From: Paraspadella gotoi
Lineage: Eukaryota > Animalia > Chaetognatha
NCBI GenBank assembly: GCA_051294375.1
Contig: JBJCIZ010000239.1
Location: 484,261 to 548,260, forward strand
Reading direction: 5' to 3'
Length of the DNA stretch: 64,000 nt
How positions within the stretch are numbered: the stretch's first letter is position 1; every line of letters starts with the position of its first letter. The notes beneath the pieces were generated by a model. It searched no databases. It worked only from the letters and a program-made list of their open reading frames with translations, and had not been told where the DNA came from. Shown piece by piece: positions 1-11,035 of this stretch. Both the position numbers and the translations under genes were made by a program.

Positions 1-139
1 AACACCATAAAATAATAAAGAATTCCAGACCATAAAAACCTCTTCTAACCCGGTTAAAACCGATTCTTTAACTGAGTTTGGCTCCCGTTTTTATGGTTTC
101 TCTCCTGCAACNNNNNNNNNNNNNNNNNNNNNNNNNTTG

Positions 140-420
140 CACGAAGACAATGTGATGGAAATGGTGAGAAGAAGCGGCGCCGAGGAAAAATTTTAGCATA
201 GTTAAAGATGTTCTAAATACTTCACAAAAGATATTACTGGCCTCAATTTGTATAAGAATGTGTAATGGAATGATAATTGATCGCTTGATACCCATTATGT
301 GCGACTAAATTCCTACCTAACCGTTTCCATTCAGCGCCACTTGAGCCCAGTCATTCGCCCTTCCAAACCAACAGGACTGGCTCTAGCCTAGTCATCGCCT
401 ACAGCATTTAAAGTAGGACG
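140..420 (+). mobile_element. Degenerate LTR-retrotransposon (Ty3/Gypsy-like) integrase zinc-binding fragment
   Basis: aaa aga tat tac tgg cct caa = KRYYWPQ at ~226-246. It is preceded by a His codon (~140) and followed by frameshifted Cys codons and PLEPSHSPFQ, resembling the integrase HHCC region 'YYWP...C..C...PL.P...PF'. Confidence 0.4.
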
Positions 421-779
421 CTGGGCGCTTAATCCGCCTGTAACATTGTTTTTACAGCCTATTCGAATGACCTCAGCGACTGTATATTGAACGGTTATGC
501 TGCTCACTAATGCAATCAACAATTATTATTACTGTCTCCTTCACCATCCGATATAAAAATAATTTAATTCTGCATTACGATTGGATTTAAATTAAAAAAA
601 AACCACAAGTTGTTTTTCGATACGCTGCTTTATCGAATGCCGTCAAAATTTCGCCACTTGCTTTCGCTTAAGCAAATTAATATAAGCTGCTTGTCAATAA
701 ATAGCATTTTTTGTCAGGAGAGACGACCAAAAAAGAAAAAAATGTTCTATGTCGTAAACAGAGAAGAATCGATGCCCTT

Positions 780-965
780 AAAAACGAATTTTAGGAATAA
801 ACCTAATAGCAACCTAAACACCAAACCTTTAATGCTTAAACCTAAACCCTAATCTAACCCAACCAACCTAAACTAACCCCTAACACCTTTTTAAACACCC
901 ACAAAAACAACACCCCAAGCCAAATAAACTATGAAATCCGGCGCTGGAGATAAAAAAAGCCTCCA
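780..965. repeat. Degenerate (CCCTAA)-like interstitial repeat tract, possible distant member of the telomere-repeat MITE family
   Basis: Runs of aacctaa, aaaccctaa and ctaaccc. The end 'atgaaatccggcg' resembles the MITE terminus 'atgaaatgcggcg'. Confidence 0.4.
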
Positions 966-1559
966 TTTTTGTTTTGGATACTTTTTTTGTTTTTTTGGGG
1001 GGCTAAAACAAATTCAGTTTCCGTAGGCTTTGCGAAGGAAAGAGTGAACGAAACTCCCGCCCTTGCCCCCCCCCCCACCCCCCCCTCAACGCTGGTCCTC
1101 ATCTTCCCTTCTCATCTTTCGACCGAAACGAAGAAAAAAAAAGTATGTTCGTCCGCAAAAAAAAAATAAAAGAAGAAATTTCCAGCAAACTTTTCTTTTT
1201 GTGCCAAAAGATCAAATGCCCAAAAACATTAAATATGACGACCTGCCATAGCACACCATATATTATAGCACCTCAATCATCGCACTCTGTTGACCAGGCG
1301 ATATACCGATCCTGCCATATACTCACCTATTATCCGCTCACAACACTCACTGCACTTCTGTCAACACCTCTATCACGCAAGATCTCATCTTAATCCGAGC
1401 TCTCTAAAGACAATCATACCTATACGTACCCTACTCAGTCGATATCACACTATCTCTACTCCTCCGACTCGTCGATAAAGCTCTACTATCTCACTCCAGC
1501 AACGTCCAGCAACCTACATACCATCACAATCTATACACGCGATTCTGCACTCCACTCTC

Positions 1560-1636
1560 ACTTCCTCTTTCCCTCCATCTCCCTCTCGTCGCTGTCTCTC
1601 TCTCTCTCTCGTCCTCTCCTCCTCTCTCTCTCTCTC

Positions 1637-1684
<48 letters not shown>

Positions 1685-3012
1685 AGTTTTATCGCCGGCA
1701 AAACTGAACTAAAACCATCTTTTTATTTTAAAAAGTGCAGAGACAACTTGATAAATGTAAAAACGTGCTTAAAAACATCGCTAAAGAAGAATGAACATGA
1801 GAGAACAGAAGACGCGGGAGACAGAAGAGATTGAGAAGAGAAGACAGAGAAGCAGAAGAGAAGAGAAGAGAGAGAGAGGAGATGAGAGAGAGAGATATAT
1901 GAAGGAAACGACGTGAGAAGAGAGAGAAGAGAGAGAGAGAGAGAGATCTCTGAAGTAACGACTCCATAAAAGGGCTGAGACGCAATTCCCAAAAACGCAC
2001 TGAGAATGCTAAGTGCTATTTTCTTTTTTTTCGGGTAAGAGGAGAGGAGAGAAGAGAGGGGACGAGATGCAGAGAGAAGATGTGATTAAATAGACAGAGA
2101 AGACAGGAAGAAGACAGAAAGAGGATGGGTATGAGACGGTTTGAGGGAGTTAATTGTGAGATGAAATATGTGTGAGGAAAAGGCGAATAAGAGAGAGAAA
2201 AATAGGCAATATGTCATCTACAAAATGAGAAAAGCGCGAATAAGAGAAGAAAATAGAAATGAGTTAATCTACAAAGATATGGAGAGGCTATGACAGAAGG
2301 AAATAGGAATATGTCATCTACAAAACTGCAGCAAAGCGAATGAGAGAAGAAAATAAATATGTCGATCCACAAACGAGGAAAGCGATGGCTGGATATGAGG
2401 CGGAATAATAACCCAACCGAGAGAAAAAAAGGAAATAAGCAAATAAGTAAGGAAATTGTTTGGAAAGAGGAGAGAGAGAGAGAAGAGAGAGATGAGAGAG
2501 AGAGAGAGAAAGAGAGAAGAATGAGAGAGAGACGAGACGAGAGATAAAGAGTGAGTTTCTTTAATACACAAAGGGAACGCAGCTGACAACGAAATCCGCG
2601 TCTGAATGAAGAAAGCAAGAGAAAAATAAGAGAAAAAAAAAAGAAAAAAATAGAAAAGAAAATACATGAAAAAAGGAGGAAGAAGAAAGTTGAGAAAAGA
2701 AAAAAACGAGAAAAAAATGAAGAAAAAAAAAAGATTAGAGAAAAAAAGATTTAGCAGTAAGAAACTGACGGAAGGAGAGTACTAGGAAAAGAAGCGGGAA
2801 AAAGGAGGAAAGAAAAGAAAAAAGAAAAAAAAGAAATACTCTAAAAATAAAAGTGTAACAGAAAAAAAGTAGGAAAGAAAAAAAATGAAAATGAACACAA
2901 CGGTAAAAAAAAACGGACAAGAACATTTAAAATGGCGCGAGAGAAAGGATTTATTGGAAGAAGATAAAGAAAATTTAAACAGAACTTAAGCACACACTCT
3001 CTCTCTCTCTCT

Positions 3013-3068
<56 letters not shown>

Positions 3069-3510
3069 ATCCCTCTATCTCTTTCTCTCACGTTCCCCCG
3101 CGGAAATGAGCAAATTAAATTTCCGTTAGACTCGAATCTTGCAGTCGAAATTTCTTTCTTCTTTGACGACTGAAAAAAAAAGCAACCAACAAACAACAAT
3201 TAAAAACAAAATATGCAACTACGGATCCCTAACGTTTTTCTTCAAACAAATTTCCTATGTATTCAAATCATCAAATGTATTACGTATCACCCGTTTCTCC
3301 GGCACCGTTGCTTCTAACACCATAAAAAAATAAAAATTCCAACCATAAAAACCTCTTCAACCCGTTTAAAAACCCGATTCTTAACTGATTTCGCTCCCGT
3401 TTTTATGTTCTCTCCTCAACCTTCCTCTCTCTCTCTCTCTCTCTCTCTCTACTCTCCTCTCTCCTCTCTCTCTCTCCTACCTCTCTCTCTCTCTCTCTCT
3501 CCCTCTCTCA
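1560..3510. repeat. Cluster of (CT)n/(GA)n microsatellites and purine-rich low-complexity sequence
   Basis: Tracts seen directly at ~1595-1684, 1800-1945, 2465-2545, 2997-3090 and 3422-3509. Confidence 0.95.
2183..2385. repeat. ~50-bp minisatellite, ~4 noisy copies
   Basis: Recurring 'gaataagagaagaaaatag..aatatgtcatctacaaa..'. Confidence 0.7.
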
Positions 3511-4250
3511 GTCCCCCAAGTTACCGGCGAAAGAGGTTCCTACTCCAAAATGCAAAAAGGCGCGAAACTTTTACTGCCTCCCATTTTCTTTGCCGTTTTC
3601 TTTTACTGTTTCGTTTTTTCTGTTTTCTTTTACTGTTTTTTTCCTATTTCCCGCCATTTCGCTGGGGGTTCGCTTTTAAAGGTTTTTGACCCCATCAAAG
3701 TTTCGGACGGTCGAGTGGACCGATTATCGTCACTGTCTCTGTTTGGTTTCTTCTCTATGTACTTGTACTCCTAGTAGTCTAAACGAAACCGAATATATCT
3801 TGTTTAATTGTTTAATAATTACAAATATATAAAAATTACAAGACTACTATAATTATACCATTTAAGTAAGGAGACAGGAAACTAAAGTGGATTTTATTAT
3901 CAGAAGATAAACCAAGACAAGACGCTGTCAATTTTTCAGACAGTGAACCAAAGCAGAAACAGAGGATATTTATAAACGGCATGAATAATGAATTCACTCA
4001 TTATCTTTCACGACTAGAACAAAATATTTTAAAACTTAAACCTCGCTAACTCTATTCATAAACTCTCAACTCATTAAGTCTTAATGACTTTCAGACATTG
4101 ACAGATAACTTTAATAACGAAGCTACTCCCTCAGTTTACAACAGCTCTAAGTCTTCATTCTCAACTCTGTTTTGGATGCAAGACATAAGGCATCGGGGTT
4201 CAGTTCTTCCCCGGCCTCGCGACTGGGCCTCTCGTAAAATGCGCGTGGGG

Positions 4251-4693
4251 CACGACGATGACGACGACGACGATGACGACGACGACGATGATGACGACGA
4301 CGATGATGACGACGACTATAGTTACAAAGAAGACGAGGAAGATGATAAAGACTATGACAACGACTCCGTAGGGTCGACGATGACGACGTAGACAATGACG
4401 AAAGAAAGCTGACAACGACAACAACAAAAAGATGACGGAACCACAGATGAATACGATGATGAAAACGATGACGAAGACGATAATGACGCAAACAATCAAG
4501 ACTGAAGATAATGACAATGATCAAGAGGTCTAAAAATAAATTACCCAATCAACCACGATCCTGACGAACACGATGACAACGACAAAGACGACGACAATAT
4601 TATGTACATGTTCATCCATTTTTATGATGAGAAATAACGACTATGAATTCTGCAGCAACTTTAAGACGATGATGAAAAGGATGACGATAATAT

Positions 4694-4731
<38 letters not shown>
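4251..4731. repeat. Degenerate (GAC/GAT)n trinucleotide tract
   Basis: Pure (GAC)n-type runs at 4254-4316 and 4696-4731 with decayed triplets between them. Confidence 0.9.
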
Positions 4732-4732
<1 letters not shown>

Positions 4733-5625
4733 ATTCCCAAAAGACTTTTTTTCCTTGTTGATAAAATATGCAATCTGATGCAAAAAAAAAAGGGAAGACG
4801 AAGGGAGAAAGACAAAAAATGAGGTTGCAGTTTGGAGAGAAAGAAGGAAGGAATATTAAAAGTTAAGAGATTAGGATTGAGATTAGGGTAGAGATTAGAA
4901 TAGAGATTAGGATTATGGTACTCTGTGAGTGAATAAACGNNNNNNNNNNNNNNNNNNNNNNNNNNNNNNNNNNNNNNNNNNNNNNNNNNNNNNNNNNNNN
5001 NNNNNNNNNNNNNNNNNNNNNNNNNNNNNNNNNNNNNNNNNNNNNNNNNNNNNNNNNNNNNNNNNNNNNNNNNNNNNNNNNNNNNNNNNNNNNNNNNNNN
5101 NNNNNNNNNNNNNNNNNNNNNNNNNNNNNNNNNNNNNNNNNNNNNNNNNNNNNNNNNNNNNNNNNNNNNNNNNNNNNNNNNNNNNNNNNNNNNNNNNNNN
5201 NNNNNNNNNNNNNNNNNNNNNNNNNNNNNNNNNNNNNNNNNNNNNNNNNNNNNNNNNNNNNNNNNNNNNNNNNNNNNNNNNNNNNNNNNNNNNNNNNNNN
5301 NNNNNNNNNNNNNNNNNNNNNNNNNNNNNNNNNNNNNNNNNNNNNNNNNNNNNNNNNNNNNNNNNNNNNNNNNNNNNNNNNNNNNNNNNNNNNNNNNNNN
5401 NNCCTCAATCGCCCATCCTCGAGCTTAATCCCTAATTCTAATGTCTGACCTAAATTTAAAATTAATTATTAATTATTAATTTTTAATTCATTTTTATTTT
5501 TAATTTTTAATTATTATTAATGAAAAAATTATTTTAATTAAGAATTTAAAATGACATGGGGCGTTCTTGGAAAATAGGGTCGCTTTTTTTGTTTTCCTTT
5601 CATTCTTTACGTATGATCACAACAG

Positions 5626-5626
5626 A

Positions 5627-5664
<38 letters not shown>

Positions 5665-6125
5665 TCAAAGACCTCTCAACTCGTTGACAAGAAACCCGCC
5701 AAAAGAATTTGACGCCTCCAAAGGGAAACCGAAGTCCACCGCCTTGTCCGCCAATGACACCTCCTCCAGGCCCTGACAAACCGTCTTCCTTCACGGTTGA
5801 AGGATGCCAATCGCGTCTCACGGGGAAAGAGCGTCAATTATCCCCTCGTGGCAAAAGAATTGGCATTCGTCCCTCGAAAGCAAAAGAATGGCAATCCTTT
5901 CCTCGGATCGAAAATCCCTCGAAGGAATGAAAGCAAACGCTGAAGATAGTGGAGCCGAGTCTTTCCGAGTCTGGGAACGACAGAATTTGCTCGTCGCGCA
6001 TGAAAGGTTCTTTCTTTGACTGATCAAGTTCGAATAAACTCTTTACCTCCGGGCAACGTGGCGTCGAGCTGTTCGAGACGACTCAAGAAAGATTCAAAAT
6101 AAAAACTAATGACACCTCGTGGCAA
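5626..6125 (+). CDS. Exon A of BEACH-domain (NBEAL/neurobeachin-like) gene, DUF4800-like region; frameshifted by read errors
   Basis: Acceptor aacag| at 5625. The consensus with the duplicate at 7350-7892 reads ...ANDTFLQALTTVFLHVEGCQRVSRERAS..LMAKELAFVLESKEWQSFLG....GMKANAE...F.SGTTEFARRMNGSFFD.QVRK...Q..F...MTP. The spacing of EW..F, M, F, RK and F matches NBEAL DUF4800 as I recall it. Confidence 0.55.
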
Positions 6126-6872
6126 NNNNNNNNNNAGAATATTTTAATTGTCTGTATGGAAGTAGGTAAAGTGCGTAAAGTAATTTAGCAGCGATAAGGA
6201 AGAAAAACACGAAAGGTTGTACTGTGAACACGTCGAGTTGGCACCTGGTTGTGAGTGGTTAAAAAAAAATTAAAGCAGGTGGACATCTGGAAAAAAGTAA
6301 CCAGGGAAGGTGGTTGAAAGAGAGGGAAATGAAAGTGGCAGGTGGCACACGTCAATCAAGTCGAAAAACTCCTAGGCATCGAATAAAATCAAGGTTTTTT
6401 TTTTTAAACAACGAAATTAACGATTCTCTTTGAAGGGGAAAGAGAAAAAAAATATAAAGAGACGCCCATCTCTCGGAATTTTTTTGACTCTCTTTTCCTA
6501 GAGTGCCCCATTTTTATTCTTTTACCTCAAAATTTTATTTCAACTTTAATATTTAAGTTTAATATATATTCAAAAATATATAAACCAATCCTTAAACCTA
6601 AATATTAATCCTTAACCCTAACCTCTAACCTCAAATACTATTCCCTTTCCTAAATCTCTAACCCGAATTACTAACCCAGACCCTAACCTCAATCGCCCAT
6701 CCTCGAGCTTAATCCCTAATTCTAANNNNNNNNNNNNNNNNNNNNNNNNNTTTTTTTTACGTTTAAAAAACAACGACGAAATAACCGATTTGCTCTTTGA
6801 CCAGGGCGGAAACGAGAAAAAAAAAAATAAAAATATATTTTAAAGAGGACGCCCATCTCTCGGAATTTTTTT

Positions 6873-7302
6873 GCGCTCTCTTTTTTTCCCTCTAGAGTGC
6901 CCAATTTTTTCTCATTCTATTCCTCAAAATTTGCTTATTTTTCAACATTTAATATTAAGTTTAAATATATTATTCAAAAGCTATACTAAACCACATCCTT
7001 AAGCGGCTATAAATAGTTAAATCCTTAACCCCCTAACTCTTATTTTCCTCTAAAATCTCTAACCAAATTTTATAACTCCGACGCCTATACCTTCAATTCG
7101 TCCCGCCCCTCAGCTTTAATCCTAATTCTAATCTCTGACCTAATTTTATCAATTTATCAATTATTAATTTTTGATTATTAATTTTTAATAATATTTTTAA
7201 AATTTTAATTATTTGTTAATGAAAACAATTTTTGTAATTAATGATATTTAAAAATTTGAATGTGGGGATATGGGCCTCCCGTTTCTTTGGAAAATAGGGG
7301 TC
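6873..7302 (+). mobile_element. MITE with imperfect ~24-bp TIRs and internal degenerate telomere-like repeats (same copy also assembled in pieces at 6486-6725 and 5403-5581)
   Basis: The left end actctcttttcctagagtgcccca (6487) matches the reverse complement of the right end tggggcgttcttggaaaatagggt (5557-5580) at 19/24 positions. Internal cttaaccctaacctctaacc repeats. Confidence 0.65.
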
Positions 7303-7349
7303 GATTTTTTGTTCGCTTTCGCAATTTTTTATGTAAATGATCAAACCAG

Positions 7350-7892
7350 ATGAACTCGACCGACGGACGACCGACGACCGTCAGACCTCATCAACCCGTG
7401 ACTCAAGAAACCCGCCGAGAAGGAATTTGACGCCTCCAAAGGGAAACCGAAGTCCCACCGACTTTGTCCGCCAATGACACCTTCCTCCAGGCTCTGTACA
7501 ACCCGTCTTTCCTTCGACGTTGCAAGGATGCCAACGCGGTCTCACGCGGGAAAGAGCCGTCAATCTAACCCCTCATGCGCAAAAAGAATTGGCATTCGTC
7601 GCCTCGGAAAGCAAAAAAGTATGGCGAATCCTTTCCTCGGGACGAAGAATTGCTCTCCGTTAGGAAATGTAAAGCATAACAAGCTTGAAGCTAGTGGACC
7701 CGACGTCTTGTCCTAGTCTCGTGGAACGGCACAGAATTTGCTCGTCGGCAATGTAACCGGCTCTTTCTGTATTGACTGTATCCAATGTTCGAAAAACGTT
7801 CATATAACCTCAGCGGACATTCCGGACAAGTCGAATCGGCGTCAATAGAAAATTCACAAATGAAAAAGTAATGACACCGGTCGTGGCAACAA
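7350..7892 (+). CDS. Second, noisier assembly copy of BEACH gene exon A
   Basis: Co-linear with 5626-6125 (e.g. gaatttgacgcctccaaagggaaaccgaagtcc is identical). Ends in donor aag|gtcagt. Confidence 0.5.
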
Positions 7893-8799
7893 GGTCAGTG
7901 ATACTGTTTCTCACTTCTCCCCGCCTACCCCTCAATGGTGCCAGACAATAAAGGTCACTCCGCGTCTTGAATCCGCCTCGTCGTTTTAACGCTAGTTTTT
8001 CTGCTCTCTCTTGACGCGGCCGACTACAGCGCCCTATTCATTGCCGCGAGAAAATGACCGTCGCGATGGACGGATGGAAAGAGAAAAAAGGAAAGAAGAA
8101 AAGGGAGGAAAAAAGAGGACTAAAGAAACAAGAAGACAAGAAGGAAGGCATGTGAGAATGAAGAAGGTTTACAGTTCTTAAAATTAATATGTGGGTACGC
8201 TAATCCTTTAAGATGATACCAGGTGAGGTTCATGTATACCATACATTACATACTATACAACTCGCATTCGTCTGTCTGTTTGGAAGGGTCAGAGTCGCGT
8301 TTTCCTGTATTGGCGCTAGAAGGTCATCATTTAAGATCATTTTTAGTCTGTTATTTCTCTTCTGTCGATAACTCAAGGGAGGCTCTGTCAATATCTATCC
8401 ATCTATTTTGATCTAATCTATATTGTTCTGTCTATTCTGATAACGAGTCTGTCGAGTCTGATCTAAATGTTTTGGATTGTCCTGTCTGTCCCGCCTGGTC
8501 TATCCGATCCTGTCCATGATATGTCCATGTCTTCACAATCGACGTCGTGGTGTTGACGCAAAAACGTATATCGGACGTAAACGAAGCAAAGACGGACGAC
8601 GACAAAACTGAGATAACCCGATCGGACGAAGATGGGCGCTGATCTTCTAGGGACGGCCGATAAGACGATGTTGACTCGACGACGCATAGAACGCGACGCC
8701 TGTAAGGACTCTTGACCTGATCACCTCAGACCGCCGACATGGATCAAATGCATCGACTCGTCCTAGCGGCCATTTTAGAGAACGATCACTGTCAAACAG

Positions 8800-9131
8800 G
8801 AACGGTGAGAGAGAGAAGAGGAAAGGAGAGAGAAGATTTCGACCGACGAGAGAAGTGACGTCGCGAGATAAGAAGGAGAGAGAGCTACGGAAGCGCCGAA
8901 TCGGAGCGTGGGCACCACTGAATTGGCCGACGGACACTGGTTACTCGATGATGAGTAGAAGAGGAGAAAGAGATAAAGTCGATGATGAAGAGCAGAGGAG
9001 GAAGAGCGACGATGTGAGGACTGAGACCGAGAGAGACATGAAACGAGAGAAGACGAGGACATGACTTATGATGAGGCAGTGAGAGAGTACGAGAGATGCG
9101 ATTACGAGCGAAAGACGAGAAAAAAACCGCT
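8800..9131 (+). CDS. Exon B of BEACH gene (pre-PH region)
   Basis: Acceptor aaacag|. Reads RIGAWAP, then after a frameshift GHWLLDD.E....SRM, matching the BEACH-family motif 'GAW...W.LD..E...RMR'. Candidate donor g|gtaggg. Confidence 0.6.
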
Positions 9132-9826
9132 GGTAGGGATAGCTGAGATTGAGAGAGACGGTTCTATTAAAAAAAAACATTAAAAATGGAATGGAAATTG
9201 AAGAGGAAAAAAAAACAGTAATTGAGAGAAAAAATGGTGCCTCTCAAGGAAAATGTCATTCAGCCGGTGCATGATGCAGTGAAGCAAGGGAGGGGGAAAA
9301 AAATTGTGAAGTGGAAAGAGAAGAAGAAAAAAAGTGAAAGTGTGAAAAGAAAAAATCACGAAAATTAATCGTTGAACGAGACTTCACAAAGACTTCACAA
9401 AGAGACTTCACAGTTCACATTAGCAGGAATTTGTGAATTAGTATCACGAGATTCGTGTGTGGATTTACGAGTGAGTTGTTATTTTTATTTATTTTTTATT
9501 TTTTTATTTTTTAGCCATTATTTCGATGAAAATTGACTGCGATGAAAAAACGCATTCATTTGAATCGAAATGTTGTTAAAAAAAGAAAAGAAAAATAATG
9601 CGCTTGTAAATCTCACTACGAATAACCTAATATTAAAGAAATAACGTAACCACGACAGAAAACTAAAAACGACAGAATTTTTAATTAAATCTGAGAACGC
9701 TTATTTCAGTTCCTGTCTGTTTTCCATGTCACAGATTCTACATGAGTGAGATTATTCTGTCTCGAACTTCAATTTTGCGTCCAAATGTTATTTCGTATTA
9801 TTTCACGTCAATGGGTTCGAGTTAAG

Positions 9827-10075
9827 GTGATGCCATCTCAGCCTTTTGTTTTTGTCTCCTTTTCCCCGATTTTATCCCCACACCAAAGTATTTGAGAGTC
9901 TTCTTACTCTCCACGACCAGCGAATACTTTTAAACTCAACGTGTCGAAACGACCCTTCGATACTCCGTGACTCGGGGTGCGAGAAGATGGCCCCCTCGAG
10001 CCTGCGCGACTTTGTGACCCGGGGTGAGAAAATACGATTCTCGCTGCTGTCACTTTGTCGACAGTAGGGAACGAG
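9827..10075 (+). CDS. Exon C of BEACH gene (PH_BEACH domain, N-terminal part)
   Basis: PHTKVFESLLTLHDQRILLNS...(RWPL)SSLRDFV.R...SLL.FVD resembles PH_BEACH 'P..V..G.L.IT...LYF...W.LS.LRE...R...ALE.F.D'. It lies in the expected order after exon B. Confidence 0.5.
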
Positions 10076-10184
10076 TAAAGTGCGGAAAATATCCTAGAAT
10101 GTTTAATAAAAAAAAGTTTAACTAATGTCATAATCATTTTTTGATAATCATAGTGGCTGACTTTTTGATCTGTCTGTCTGTCTG

Positions 10185-10185
<1 letters not shown>

Positions 10186-10263
<78 letters not shown>
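10186..10263. repeat. (CTTT)n microsatellite, preceded by (TCTG)n and a HINE-like 'gactttttgatctgtctg' motif
   Basis: Direct reading. Confidence 0.9.
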
Positions 10264-10399
10264 GTCTCTCCGGCTATCCCTCGGGCCATCCGTTTCTCTT
10301 TCTATCCGCCCGTCCATCCGTCTATCTCTCTGCCTAAATGTCTCTGTCTATCTGTCACTCTCTCTGTCTCCATTTCTTTCTCTCAAATAAATTCTCCAG

Positions 10400-10497
10400 C
10401 AGAGACCGACCTCCGTCCACACCGGCGAGTTATTTTTTCCTTCGGCCAAAAAGAATATGAAGCCTCTTCCGCCGTACCTCTTCCCCCTGGGCACGGA
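10400..10497 (+). CDS. Exon D of BEACH gene (end of PH_BEACH)
   Basis: Acceptor ctccag|. TGELFF.FGQKEYEA...LPPGH resembles 'F.NF......V...LP.VG'. Confidence 0.35.
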
Positions 10498-11035
10498 TCG
10501 ACGACGAACGACGACCGACGACGGGAAAACGACGCCAACGCCGACGACAACGCCGAGAGGAGCGGACGAATGAACGAAGGAGCGGACACTGACGACGACG
10601 ATTGACGAAACGAACAACGACAACGACGATGACCACCAGCGACGACGATCAGAGGGGCAAAGATCGATGAACATAGCCGACGTAAGGACGACAAACTGCT
10701 GTACTAACGATGGTTGACGACACGCCTTCATGGACGAGACGACGATCGCAACGAACGACAACGCCGACGACAAAACGCGCCGACGAAAGAAGACGAGAAA
10801 ACAAAACGACAACAACCACAGGGCGTACCGACGACGAAAAGAAAAGACTTCAGACGAGACAAAGACGAACGATAACGAAAGACGGACAACGACGAGGAAT
10901 ACGAACGGGCTAAGACACAGATGACGACGCACGACCTTACGACAACGACTAGAACAAGCGTTGACGACAAGGATGGTGAACGACCAGACTAGAATGACGA
11001 CGTATAGACGACAAGCGACGCGAACAGACCCTAGA
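10490..11035. repeat. (GAC/AAC)-derived low-complexity tract; second copy at 23692-24490
   Basis: Both copies share 'ggaaaacgacgccaacgccgacgacaacgccg' and the right flank 'gaccct.gacgctaaagc.cgttttacaat.cgtctctt'. Confidence 0.9.

Noticed and set aside
3904-4244. Further upstream exons of the BEACH gene
   Set aside because: Plausible AG boundaries and open frames, but no recognisable motif to support them.
4863-5435. Long ORFs spanning N-runs (also 51018-51509 and 52333-52906) and ERERER/SLSLSL ORFs
   Set aside because: Artefacts of gaps and microsatellites that lack stop codons.
6590-6725. True telomere or telomere fusion
   Set aside because: The repeats are short, degenerate and enclosed by TIRs shared with another copy.
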